Shown here in pieces: positions 41,718 through 51,942 of a stretch of 64,000 nt of DNA. Each line of letters starts with the position of its first letter. Positions within the stretch are counted from its first letter, which is position 1. The position numbers were made by a program, and so were the translations under genes. The DNA comes from Alphaproteobacteria bacterium. GTDB taxonomy: Bacteria; Pseudomonadota; Alphaproteobacteria; GCA-2731375. The notes beneath the pieces are model-generated. The model did no database searches. It had not been told where the DNA came from and worked only from the letters and a program-made list of their open reading frames with translations. The DNA lies in NCBI GenBank assembly GCA_965225945.1, contig CBDDBZ010000038.1, forward strand, positions 128,001-192,000, read 5' to 3'.

Positions 41718-42758
41718 TCATTTGAGCCGGTAGCGGTTGGTTTCCTGCACGTAGTCGCGGACGTCAATTCTGTCGTGCGCCATGCCGACCAATACTTGCC
41801 GCATGTCGGCAACGACGTTCGGGCTATCGAGGAAGTTCGGGCTATCGAGGAAGTAGGAATGCTCGAGGACGCCGTGAACGACGGGCGTGCAGTCGATCAG
41901 CGTGACCTTTCCCGGAATGCCGCGCGGCACGCGCGGGCCGTCGTCGCCCAGCCGGTCCGGATTACCCTTGGTCTTGTCCGAAATCGCCATGGCTCGATCG
42001 TTGTTGTTGAAGTAGACGTTGACGCGCTTGGCCAGTCTCGGTAGCGGCTTCAGCTTGTAGTCGTGCTCGAAGGCGTCGTCGTCCTCGTCGGCGGCCATCA
42101 GGAAGACCTGGTCGAACAGACGCACCGGGTGGCCGGACGCATGCGCCACCATTTCCTGCACAGTATGTCGCAGCACGTAGTTGCCCATCGAGTGCGCGAC
42201 CAAATGGATGGACTGGTCGCACGCCTCGGCGGGCGTCGAACCGCGCAGGAAATCGGCGAGTTTGAGGAGGCCGCGGGCGAAGGCCGGACCCGAGGCCGCC
42301 GCGTCTTGGCGGTCGTTGGCATAGGCGATGTAGGGCATCATCGAGCCGTCGGACGGCCACGAGAACAGCACGACGTCGACCCCGGGTCCGCCGCTCGCGG
42401 TGGAGAAATTCCGCTTGAGCCGGGCGGCGCTGGTCAGCGCTTGCTTGAAACTGACGTTGTAGCCGTGAATGAAGACCACCGTGTCGCGGGAATGGTCGAT
42501 CATTTTCCGGCGCACGCGCCCGAAGACCTCGAGGCTGCCCAGTCTCGAGCCCTCGCCGTCCCTTTCCTTGCGATCGGCATCCTTGCGCAACCGCTCGGGC
42601 GCAACGTGGAGAACGTAGGAATCCAAATCGTCCCCGGTGACCTCCGCCATGCCGAAACGCAAATTGGCGAGGCCCGCCTCGCTAAAGCCCTGGCCGAAAT
42701 CGTTTGGTACCGATTTCCGGTTGGGCTTCCTGTTGGTACCGAAATAGACCTTGACCAT
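41718..42758 (-). CDS. DUF900 alpha/beta hydrolase
   Basis: FGTNR, FIHGYN, FSWPS, AHSMGN; 18-bp in-frame duplication (FLDSPN twice). Confidence 0.85.
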   Translation of the reverse strand: MVKVYFGTNRKPNRKSVPNDFGQGFSEAGLANLRFGMAEVTGDDLDSYVLHVAPERLRKDADRKERDGEGSRLGSLEVFGRVRRKMIDHSRDTVVFIHGYNVSFKQALTSAARLKRNFSTASGGPGVDVVLFSWPSDGSMMPYIAYANDRQDAAASGPAFARGLLKLADFLRGSTPAEACDQSIHLVAHSMGNYVLRHTVQEMVAHASGHPVRLFDQVFLMAADEDDDAFEHDYKLKPLPRLAKRVNVYFNNNDRAMAISDKTKGNPDRLGDDGPRVPRGIPGKVTLIDCTPVVHGVLEHSYFLDSPNFLDSPNVVADMRQVLVGMAHDRIDVRDYVQETNRYRLK

Positions 42759-43181
42759 ATTCTCCTCCCTGCGACGCGAGGCCGTGCTTGCATTAATAAC
42801 TACGATTATTTCTTAAAAACCGTTCTAACTTAAATTATCGGTGACGGGAAACCAGTACCTATCCGAATTGAATATCCAAGCCCACAGTACACGACTCGTT
42901 CATGCTGGCTTTGGCCTGGGCACCTGGACTGGTGGTTTTCCGGGGACGAGGAAACGAATCAGCTCAATGGCTTGACGCCTGTCGATAGGATTGACGAGCT
43001 GTCGCCTTATCCACTCGAAACCGTATCGGAAGGTAACTACCCAGGTACCCCGCTCTTGACCGCGAGAGGATGATGTAGGTGGTCGCCGGGGCCGGGTTTC
43101 CGCCGCCGCGTCGTTGATCGTCTCTTGACTCCATAGAATCGGGCGTCTATGGGTTGCGCTCTCGTGTGACGGGAGCGGCGC

Positions 43182-43847
43182 GTGGAATATTTTGGGTCGA
43201 AGGCGACGAGCGGTCTGTGCCAGGCGCTGATTGCGCTGATGCCGCCGCACAGCGTTTACATCGAGAGCCACCTGGGGGGCGGTGCGCTGATGAAGCGCAA
43301 GCCAACGGGCGTGCGCTCGATCGGCATCGACCGCGATGCGCAGGCGCTCGAGGCCTTTGCCTGTGACTACCCGGTCGAGTTGGTGCATGGCTGTGCCCAT
43401 GCCTTTTTGGCCTCGTTCCCGTTTCTGGGCCCGGAGCTGGTCTACAGCGATCCCCCCTATCTGCACGCGACCCGCCGTTCGGCACGGCGCTATCGCTTCG
43501 ACTACGAGGAGGTCGACCATGTCGCGCTCCTGGACCTGCTCAAGGATCTGCCCTGCCAGGTGATGGTCTCGGGCCATCCCTCGGCGCTCTATGACGAGAT
43601 GCTGGCGGGCTGGCGCAGTCTGGCGCTGCAGGTGACGACCCAGGCCCAGGTGCGGACCGAGGTCGTGTGGTTCAACTTCGCGCCCGACCGGGTGCATTGG
43701 GCGAGCTACGCAGGCCGGAACTTCACCGACCGCCAGCGCATCAAGCGTAAGGCGGCCAACTGGGGCCGGCGTTACAAGGCCTTGCCGGCGGGCGAACGCC
43801 TCGCGGTGCTGGCCGCCATGATGGCCGTCGATGCCGAGGACCCGTGA
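43182..43847 (+). CDS. Dam/D12-like DNA adenine methyltransferase (IS passenger)
   Basis: YFGSK, PH.VYIE.HLGGG (motif I-like), VYSDPPY (motif IV). Confidence 0.78.
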   Translation: MEYFGSKATSGLCQALIALMPPHSVYIESHLGGGALMKRKPTGVRSIGIDRDAQALEAFACDYPVELVHGCAHAFLASFPFLGPELVYSDPPYLHATRRSARRYRFDYEEVDHVALLDLLKDLPCQVMVSGHPSALYDEMLAGWRSLALQVTTQAQVRTEVVWFNFAPDRVHWASYAGRNFTDRQRIKRKAANWGRRYKALPAGERLAVLAAMMAVDAEDP

Positions 43848-45382
43848 CGCTGTCGCGCTGGCACGAGGACCTCGCCGCCCATGACGAGGCCTTCGCGTGC
43901 CTGCAAGATCTTCTTGACCCCTCATCCTTCGCAATCACAGTCGTCAAGGCCTTCCGGGAATGGGGCCAGGGGCTGTTGCGCCTGGCCACGGCGCTCGTCC
44001 GGGAGAATGCCGCGCTCGAGCGGGAGAACGCGACCCTGCGGGACCGCATCGCCGAGCTCGAGCGGAGCGCGGCGCTTGACAGCACCACCAGCAGCAAGCC
44101 GCCCGCCAGCGACGGCCTGCGCAAGAAGAGCGGAACCCAGAGGCGCACCCGAAGCCAGCGCGGCAAGTCCGGCAGGCCAAGCGGCGGCCAGCCGGGCCAC
44201 AAGGGAACGACGCTGGCGCGGACCGAGAGCCCGGACCATGTTGTGGATCATGACCCCTCCGCCTGTTCGGGCTGCGGCGCACCGCTGTCGGACGCCGACC
44301 GTCACCGCGCGCCCGTCTGTCGACAGGTCTTCGATGTGCCCGAGCCACGCCCCCTGGAGGTCACCGAACACCGCGCCCATCGCTGCCTCTGCGGCGCCTG
44401 CGCCACCGTGACAGGAGCCGTCTTCCCGGACGGCGTGACCGCCCCGGTCCAGTACGGGCCACGCATCACCGCCTGGGTGAGCTACCTGCTGTACGCCCAG
44501 TTCGTTCCCGAGAAGCGCTTGGCCGAACTCATGAGCGACCTCTTCGCAGTGTCCATCTCCACAGCCACGATCACCGCCATGGGCCGGCGAATCGCCAGGC
44601 GCTTCGAGCCCTTCCTCGCCCATGTCGCAGACGTGATCCGCACAGCGGTCCCGGTCAAGCACCTCGACGAAACCGGCCTGCGGATCGCCGCCCGTACCCG
44701 CTGGCTCCACGTGCTGTGCACCCCATTCCTGACCGTCCTGCGCATCGGCGCGGGACGCGGCGATGTCGAAAAGGACCTCGAAGGCATCCTCATCCATGAC
44801 GATTACGCCGCCTACTTCACCCTCAAGGGCGTGCGCCACGGCGCCTGCAACGCCCATCACCTGCGCGAACTCCAGGCCCTGATCGACATCGAGAAGGAAG
44901 ACTGGGCAAAGAGCATGCACCGCCTCCTTGAGCGCGCACACAGGGCTACCCGCTTCTCCCGTGAGAACGGCCGCGACGTGCCCGCCTCCCTGGTGGCCCG
45001 GATCTCGCGGGCCTGGGCCCGCATCCTCGACCACGCCATCGCCTTCCACGAGGCGCAGCCGCCGCTCCGGACCGGCAAGCGCGGACGAAAGAAACGCCGC
45101 ATCGGTCATAACCTCGCGCTCCGCCTCCGCAAGCACAAGGAGGGATGCCTGCGATTCCTCACCGACCCGCGCACGCCGTTTACGAACAATGAGGCCGAAC
45201 GTGACCTCCGAATGGCCAAGCTGCGCCAGAAGATCTCCGGTGGCTTCCGCTCCGAGAGGGGTGCCTACAACTTCGCCAGAATGCGTGCCGTCATCGCCAC
45301 CGCCCGAAAGCAAGGCTGGAACGTCCTCCAGACCCTGGTGCATCCCGATCCGATGCAACTAATCCCCCAACTGCGCCTCTGA
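43844..45382 (+). CDS. IS66 transposase
   Basis: DSTTSSKPPASD, GGQPGHKG, HLDETG, HHLREL, FTNNEAERDLRM.K..QKISG.FRS. Confidence 0.93.
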   Translation: MTLSRWHEDLAAHDEAFACLQDLLDPSSFAITVVKAFREWGQGLLRLATALVRENAALERENATLRDRIAELERSAALDSTTSSKPPASDGLRKKSGTQRRTRSQRGKSGRPSGGQPGHKGTTLARTESPDHVVDHDPSACSGCGAPLSDADRHRAPVCRQVFDVPEPRPLEVTEHRAHRCLCGACATVTGAVFPDGVTAPVQYGPRITAWVSYLLYAQFVPEKRLAELMSDLFAVSISTATITAMGRRIARRFEPFLAHVADVIRTAVPVKHLDETGLRIAARTRWLHVLCTPFLTVLRIGAGRGDVEKDLEGILIHDDYAAYFTLKGVRHGACNAHHLRELQALIDIEKEDWAKSMHRLLERAHRATRFSRENGRDVPASLVARISRAWARILDHAIAFHEAQPPLRTGKRGRKKRRIGHNLALRLRKHKEGCLRFLTDPRTPFTNNEAERDLRMAKLRQKISGGFRSERGAYNFARMRAVIATARKQGWNVLQTLVHPDPMQLIPQLRL

Positions 45383-46539
45383 GAACACCGGCACCGCTAC
45401 CAGCCCGGACCCCCACGATCCCTCACATACAAACGCTCGGGCCAATCAGACCTGGGTAGTTACATCGGAAGATGGATTTTGCCATCCTTTTGTGGGTTTT
45501 GAGGCGGATCGGCTCGGCCTCGTGGAGCCAATCGCCGACTTTGTGCGCCCAGCAGAAGGTGATGGAAAGGACGGCGGTGAGCTTGGAGATGCGCTCCGGG
45601 TCGGTCATGTGGGTGTCTTCGAGGTTGAAGCCACGGGTTTTCAAGGCGGCGAAGAGGGTCTTGATTTGCCAGCGCTGGGCGTAGATGGCCAAGGCCTCCT
45701 CGGGCGCGTCGTTGGTCACGACGATCAACAGTTCGCCGGTCTTGAGATGGAGCGCGGCGACGAAGACGGGCCTGGCCTTGGGTTTTCTGGCCTCCGAGAG
45801 GCGCCTGGCGTTGGAGAGGATGCGGCTTTCCCCGGGTTTGAGGTCGCGAAACAGCTCCCTCGCCTTGACCATGCGACCACGCGTGTTGGCGATCTTGATG
45901 TTGGATCGGATGCGGATGTGAAAGGGGATGGCCTTTTCCTGCAACCATGCCAGCCAGGCGTCGCCGATGAATTCCCGGTCGGCCAGGAGGCTGGCGATCT
46001 TGTCGACCCCGAAGAGCCGGAGGACGTGTTCGAGGATCGCGATCCGCTCCTTGGTATTGGAATTGCCCGCCTTGTCGAGCACCCGCCAGCACACGGGAAT
46101 GGCGATGGCGCGGTTGACGATGCCGATCATCAAGATGTTGACGTCGCGGCGACCCAGCCGCCAGTTGGTCCGGTCCATGGTCAGCCGCCACGGCCCCGCC
46201 TGGAGCCCCATCATCGCGACCAGGAACTCGGCGAGGCGATCGTAATCGAAATCGACTTGCTCGAAAAACCGTTGCAGGCGCCGATAGTTGGAGCTGGATC
46301 GCGCGCGCCCCGGAAAGTGGCAGGCCAAGTGAGAGAGGTTCACCGTCCGGGCGACGAACACGCCGAAGACCAAGACGCAAAGGCTCTCCAGACGGCTCTT
46401 GCGAAAGGCGAAGCCGCATCGTAGCGTCTCACGCAGGGCGTTGATCGGGTTGTCTCGCATGATTTCCCTCTTGACTCGTCGTGGAGTGAATCGGGAATCC
46501 TACAACCTTTTCAACGTCCTACGTAAATGCCGTCGTGTA

Positions 46540-48141
46540 CCATGGATTCTGCTATAAGAATCAATGCAATACCGTCAGCGTTACGGGCAAACCCGATGTC
46601 ACCCGGCGGGTGAATCAAGAAACCCCCATTTGCGGGTCGATTTCGACAGTCGACTGAAGCTTGAGTTCCACGGTTCCAAGGTCACCTCCGACGCTGGGTT
46701 TATCGCCTACCGGGAGCTTGACGATGCCCTTGGCCTGACCGAGGTTGCCGGGGGCCTTTTCCAAGACAGCCGTACCGGCAAGAACGGGCGGCATGGCATG
46801 GTCGGGCAGTTTCGCCAGTCCGTTTATGGCCGTCTTGGTGGCTACGATGACGTGAACGACGCCGACCGTCTGGGCCGTGATCCCGCCATGCGGTGGATCG
46901 TCGGCGGCCATGCTGTCACCAAACAGGCCGCTTCCACCAGCCAGATGGGACGCTTCGAGACGGAGCTATTGGCCAGCGACGAGAACTTTGCCGCGTTGAC
47001 CGACTTATCCGGCGTTTGGATCGACAAGGTTCATGACCGCCGCCCACCGAAGATGATCATCCTCGACATGGACTCAAGCGTCAGCCCGACCCATGGCGAA
47101 CAAGAGGGCACCGCCTACAACGGTCACTTCGGGTGTTCCTGCTATCACCCTCTTTTCGTGTTCAACCAGTTCGGTGATCTGGAGCGGTGCGCCCTGCGTC
47201 CCGGCAACGTTCACAGCGCCGATGACTGGGAAGGCGTGTTGAAGCCGGTTGTCGTTCGCTACAAGGGTCGGAAGGTACGACTGTATTTCCGGGGCGATGC
47301 CGCCTTCGCCGCGCCGGAGATGTACGAATACCTCGAAGCCGAGGGCTTCCTGTACGCGATTCGCTTACCGAAGAACCAGGTTCTTCAGGAAAGCGTCGCT
47401 CATCTGCTGACGCGACCCGTCGGCCGCCCGCCCAACCACGTTCTGCGCTTCTATGCCAGCTTTAGCTACCGGGCTGGAAGCTGGGACAAGAAGCGGCGCG
47501 TGGTAGCCAAGGTGGAATGGCATCCCGGTGAACTGGTTCGCCGTGTCGGTTTCATCGTCACCAACCTGTCCCGTTCCGCCGAGCGGGTGACATGGTTCTA
47601 CAATCAGCGGGGCAAAGCGGAGCAATACATCAAGGAAGGCAAGAACGCGATCAAATGGACCCGATTGTCGTGCCGCAAGTTCCGCGACAATGCCGTTCGG
47701 CTGCAGCTTCATGCCCTCGCCTATAACCTCGCCAACTTCATGCGCACGCTGGCTTTGCCGAAGGAGGTGGAGCACTGGTCATTGACGACGCTGCGGGAGA
47801 AACTGGTCAAGATCGGCGCCAAGGTGGTCCGCCATGGCCGGTACGTCACGTTCCAATTGGCCGAGGTGGCGGTCCCAAAGGATCTGTTCCGGAAAATCCT
47901 GCGCCTGATTGATGATCTGCGACCAAGACCCGCTCCGGCGTAGGCCGGGGGAATCGACGGCGATGTGAAAAGTGCGGGAGAGGTGCGTCTGGATGGCGAA
48001 AAACCGGGCCGAATGGGCTTCTGGACACCGCCAACTGACAAGAATCGGGCTATCAGACGGCTGCGGAGGGGAACTCATTCCAGTGGCGGTGCAATCAGGG
48101 TATCATCGCAATAAATTTGAGGGCCATCTGGGAAATGTCGG
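46540..48141 (+). mobile_element. IS1380 family element (transposase 46564-47943)
   Basis: VTSDAG, LDMDSS, YHPL, RGDAAF, YNQRG.AEQYIKEGK; right end ggaaatgtcgg; boundaries approximate. Confidence 0.88.
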
Positions 48142-48228
48142 TTGACACACTTGACAAGACTTGCGTGGAGTCAAATACAATAGCGGGTCCGATGGCCGTC
48201 TGGCCATAACTCTTCTGGGAGGAAGTCG

Positions 48229-49293
48229 ATGAAATCGTTTAAAACCTATGCCATCGCTGGCGCGTTCGGCGCCGCCATGGCGATGACGGCCGGCACGGCG
48301 TTCGCCGAATGCTCGGCGGGAGACTATAAGGGCTGCGCAGGCAAGCCGTGGGTCGACGGCACTGTCATGGATACGCCGCTCGGTTCCAAGTGGTGGCCGC
48401 ACCCGATCTGGGGAGCCGGTGACGAGGCCGGCTCGACCAACTATTACAAGCAGACCGAGGTGGTTCTGCGCGCCCTTTCGGTTATCAAGAAGGGCCAGAC
48501 CATGGAAATCGGGCATGAATATCATGCCGACATGCCGCTGTTTGGCCAACGCAAGTTCAGCCTGCGGATTCCGGGCAACCCGACCGGCGGCACCTGGGGT
48601 GGCAACTCGATCGTCTATCACGACGAGTTCCTGGCCACCGAGATCGGCCAGGTCGGCACCCAGTTCGACGGTCTCGGCCATGTCGGCGTGAGTGTCGGAG
48701 CTCTTAACGACCGTTCCGAGCAGCGTTTTTACAACGGTTTCACCGTGGAAGACATGCAGGGGGCCTATGGGCTCGCCAAGCTCGGAACCGAAGAGCTGCA
48801 TCCGATCATCGCCCGCGCCGTCATGCTCGACATCTCCGCCGTCAGAGGCCGTATCCTGGAGAAGGGCGAGATCATCACCATGGCCGACGTCAATGCCGCG
48901 CTGAAAATGCAGGGCATGGAAGGCTACAAGTTCATGCCGGGCGACGCGATCGTCTTCCGCACCGGTTGGGAAGCCTATTGGGAAGACCCGCCGAAGTATA
49001 ACGACGGCTGCCCCGGCATCGGCATGGAAGTCGCCCGTTGGATCGCCGAGGAAATACAGGCTGGCATCACCGCTGGCGACACCTGGCCTGTTGACGCGGT
49101 GCCGAATCCCGATCCGGATTGCGTGTTCTGCGTGCACAACTACTTGCAGACCCGCCACGGCATCGTCAATCAGGAAAACCTGCGGCTCACGGAACTGGCC
49201 GAGGCCGGTGTCTACGAGTTCGCATACTTCTTCGCGCCGTCGCCGATTCGGGGCGCCACGGGCGCGAACGGCAATCCGGTCGCGATCTGGTAA
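48229..49293 (+). CDS. Secreted cyclase family (kynurenine formamidase-like) metallohydrolase
   Basis: Signal peptide; WG.GDE.G, QVGTQFDGLGH, RTGW, GI.N.ENL, GATG. Confidence 0.82.
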   Translation: MKSFKTYAIAGAFGAAMAMTAGTAFAECSAGDYKGCAGKPWVDGTVMDTPLGSKWWPHPIWGAGDEAGSTNYYKQTEVVLRALSVIKKGQTMEIGHEYHADMPLFGQRKFSLRIPGNPTGGTWGGNSIVYHDEFLATEIGQVGTQFDGLGHVGVSVGALNDRSEQRFYNGFTVEDMQGAYGLAKLGTEELHPIIARAVMLDISAVRGRILEKGEIITMADVNAALKMQGMEGYKFMPGDAIVFRTGWEAYWEDPPKYNDGCPGIGMEVARWIAEEIQAGITAGDTWPVDAVPNPDPDCVFCVHNYLQTRHGIVNQENLRLTELAEAGVYEFAYFFAPSPIRGATGANGNPVAIW

Positions 49294-49314
49294 TCGCGTC
49301 CACACTGAAGCGTA

Positions 49315-49352
49315 AAGCAGCGGGGCGTGCCTTGGGCACGCCCCGTTTGCTT
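49315..49352. terminator. GC-rich hairpin, possible intrinsic terminator
   Basis: aagcagcggggcgtgcc-ttg-ggcacgccccgtttgctt just after the cyclase stop. Confidence 0.6.
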
Positions 49353-49376
49353 GTCGCTATGCGCGGATAGCCAGCC

Positions 49377-49652
49377 ATGGCCGACGATCCCGAACGGCTC
49401 GACGAGTTCCTCGCCTTCAGCGGACGCTTGGCGGACGCGGCGCGCGCCGTGATCGTTCCCCATTTCCGCGCCGACCACGAGATCGAGGACAAGCCGACCG
49501 CGTCCAGCGCCGAGCAGCCCGTCACCCGCGCCGACCGCGAGGCCGAACAGGCGATCCGCGACCTGATTATCGAAACCTATCCCGAACACGGAATCCTTGG
49601 CGAGGAACTGGGCGAACACAACCCGGGCGCCGACTACACTTGGGTGATCGAC
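49377..49652 (+). pseudogene. Inositol monophosphatase/HisN family, 3'-truncated
   Basis: PVTRADREAE, HGILGEE, WVID; similarity stops where DPIDGT is expected. Confidence 0.8.
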
Positions 49653-49696
49653 CTCAAAATGCTTCGAGAAATGACAAGGGTCGAGCAAGATGAATG

Positions 49697-51354
49697 CTTG
49701 CCTATCCGGTTAACGCCCATGACCGCTACATGTAGGGTGCCGCCACTCTCCCGAGTAAAGCTCGGCATAGGTTGGAGCAGAGGTGTCGCCCGCGATGCCG
49801 AGCAATGAGCGGAAGGCGTTGAACGGGTAGAACCGCCTGTTGAAGCGGAAGGTGAACTCGTTGAGGTAGGCTTGTAGGTGCTGGTGGCTAACGCCGTGGT
49901 GGATACCGATCAGCCACGTCTTCAGGTTGGCGAAAACCAGATGGATGATCGGCAGGTATTGCTCGGCAACCTCTGGATCACCACACTCGGCAACAACCTC
50001 TGGATCACCACACTCGGCAACAGCGAAGTGCTCATAGCCGCGCTTACCGAGGCCAGCATAGCCGCTCCAATCGTCAGTAACGATCAGCGATCCCGGCGCG
50101 ACGGTGCTCTCGACGAACCCACAGAGCGACTCGGCGCTACGGTCGAGCACGACGGCGAGCCGAACGCGTCCGGCATAGCGTCCGTCTTTCCGGTTGTCGA
50201 GCTTGGTGCCCGGCTTTCGATGACGCACCTCGATGGCACAGGAGACGAGAACCTTGTGGTGAACACCACGGCCTTCCCCACGCGTTCGCCCGCCAACCCA
50301 GGTTTCGTCCACCTCAACATGGTTCTTGGGCTGTCCACCGATCCTGTCTTGGTTGGGCCGCACCATGCCCGAGCGGAGCTTGTGGAGAATTTGAAAGGCC
50401 GTCTCGTAGCGCGAAAGACCAAGTTGCCGCTGAAACTGCACGGCGGACATGCCGGGCGTCTGACTGGCGACCAGATAAGCGGCCCAGAACCAGACGTTCA
50501 GCGGAGTGTGGCTACGCTCCATCACTGTTCCCACCGTCAGCCCGGTGTTCTGGCGGCACTTGCGGCAGCGCAGGACGCCAGGGCGGTTTTCAAAGTGGAA
50601 CGGCTCTCCCGCCGTGCCGCAGTGCGGGCAGGCAAAGCCGTCTCCCCAGCGGGCTTTCTCCAGGTAGGCGGCGCAGGCCGCATCATCGGGGAAAAGTCGC
50701 TGGAACTCGGGTAGCGAATGCGGGAATGGGAGATCGGCGCGGTCGAGAACATCCATGGCGCGCTCCCCTATATCCGGTTTGCGCCCATTCTAGCCCTAGT
50801 GGGTGTGGGTGTAAACCGGATAGGAAAGCAACGAACCAGGACCACCGCAGTGCGTCATCGAAAGCCGGGCACCAAGCTCGACAACCGGAAAGACGGACGC
50901 TATGCCGGACGCGTTCGGCTCGCCGTCGTGCTCGACCGTAGCGCCGAGTCGCTCTGTGGGTTCGTCGAGAGCACCGTCGCGCCGGGATCGCTGATCGTTA
51001 CTGACGATTGGAGCGGCTATGCTGGCCTCGGTAAGCGCGGCTACGAGCACTTCGCTGTTGCCGAGTGTGGTGATCCAGAGGTTGCCGAGCAATACCTGCC
51101 GATCATCCATCTGGTTTTCGCCAACCTGAAGACGTGGCTGATCGGTATCCACCACGGCATTAGCCACCAGCACCTACAAGCCTACCTCAACGAGTTCACC
51201 TTCCGCTTCAACAGGCGGTTCTACCCGTTCAACGCCTTCCGCTCATTGCTCGGCATCGCGGGCGACACCTCTGCTCCAACCTATGCCGAGCTTTACTCGG
51301 GAGAGTGGCGGCACCCTACATGTAGCGGTCATGGGCGTTAACCGGATAGGCAAG
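49697..51354. mobile_element. Fold-back IS1595 family unit
   Basis: Full transposase 49710-50756 (-), inner left end near 50813-50828, inverted 3'-half copy 50851-51354; outer ends cttgcctatccggtt / aaccggataggcaag; 8-bp DR gatgaatg on both sides. Confidence 0.85.
49710..50756 (-). CDS. IS1595 transposase
   Basis: CPHC...CRKC, VEVDETWVGG, TDDW.GY, YLNEF.FRFNRR; 27-bp in-frame duplication. Confidence 0.9.
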   Translation of the reverse strand: MDVLDRADLPFPHSLPEFQRLFPDDAACAAYLEKARWGDGFACPHCGTAGEPFHFENRPGVLRCRKCRQNTGLTVGTVMERSHTPLNVWFWAAYLVASQTPGMSAVQFQRQLGLSRYETAFQILHKLRSGMVRPNQDRIGGQPKNHVEVDETWVGGRTRGEGRGVHHKVLVSCAIEVRHRKPGTKLDNRKDGRYAGRVRLAVVLDRSAESLCGFVESTVAPGSLIVTDDWSGYAGLGKRGYEHFAVAECGDPEVVAECGDPEVAEQYLPIIHLVFANLKTWLIGIHHGVSHQHLQAYLNEFTFRFNRRFYPFNAFRSLLGIAGDTSAPTYAELYSGEWRHPTCSGHGR

Positions 51355-51590
51355 GATGAATGTTCAGGGGTGAGCAGTTCGTGAACTGACACGCAAGGTC
51401 CAGTCTTCTTGTCGAGCCGGTTTAGCGTAGCGGCGATCGCGCCATCCGCTTGCTGTCTCGCCAGCGTCCGGATCAGATCGTCCACTCTGATGCTTCGGAC
51501 CCGCTCTCGAAGGTATTCCCGTCTCACCTGAGGGCTCTTCTGGCTAAGCCAGATCGCTTGACATGGGAGACTGCGCCCCTGTATGGAATG

Positions 51591-51643
51591 GTTCCCGTTT
51601 TGGGAACACTGTACTTGACACGCAATCGGGAACGGTATATATA
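51591..51643 (+). promoter_or_regulatory. Probable higBA operator/promoter
   Basis: Palindrome GTTCCC-N5-GGGAAC at 51591-51607, TTGACA at 51615-51620, TATATA run just before the ATG at 51648. Confidence 0.55.
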
Positions 51644-51647
51644 GCTT

Positions 51648-51941
51648 ATGCGGATCATCGCCAAGAAGACGCTCCGGGAGTTCTGGCAGCGTCACTCAGA
51701 TGCCGAAGAGCCGCTTCTCGCTTGGTACCGGGAAGTGAAGCAAGCGGATTGGGATACACCGGCCACCCTGAAGGAGATGTACGGCAACGCGAGCATCGTT
51801 GGCGACAACCGGGTGATCTTCAACATCAAGGGCAACGATTATCGCCTCGTGGTGAAGATCAATTACCAGTATCGCGTCGTCTACATCCGCTTTGTGGGTA
51901 CGCATGCCGAGTACGACGCCGTAGACGTGGAGGAGGTGTGA
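51648..51941 (+). CDS. higB: HigB-type toxin (RelE superfamily)
   Basis: MRIIAKKTLREFW, RVIFNIKGNDYRL, IRFVGTHAEYD. Confidence 0.92.
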   Translation: MRIIAKKTLREFWQRHSDAEEPLLAWYREVKQADWDTPATLKEMYGNASIVGDNRVIFNIKGNDYRLVVKINYQYRVVYIRFVGTHAEYDAVDVEEV

Positions 51942-51942
51942 G

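Larger units (their letters stand above)
43033..45463 (+). mobile_element. IS66 family element (single transposase, ISBst12-like) with a passenger gene
   Basis: TIR GTAACTACCCAGGT / ACCTGGGTAGTTAC; 8-bp TSD atcggaag at 43025-43032 and 45464-45471. Confidence 0.93.
42885..46540 (-). mobile_element. IS4 family element split by IS66
   Basis: Transposase from 46460 (DRTNW, ADREF, Y.QRWQI) to SIFR at 45464, resuming at 43032 as YGFEWIRR..KPA with stop at 42900; ends cagtacacgac / gtcgtgtac. Confidence 0.85.

Noticed and set aside
51363-51560. Possible serine-recombinase fragment (DDLIRTLARQQADGAIAATLNR, - strand)
   Set aside because: Too short and lacking a start or catalytic motif to call without a search.
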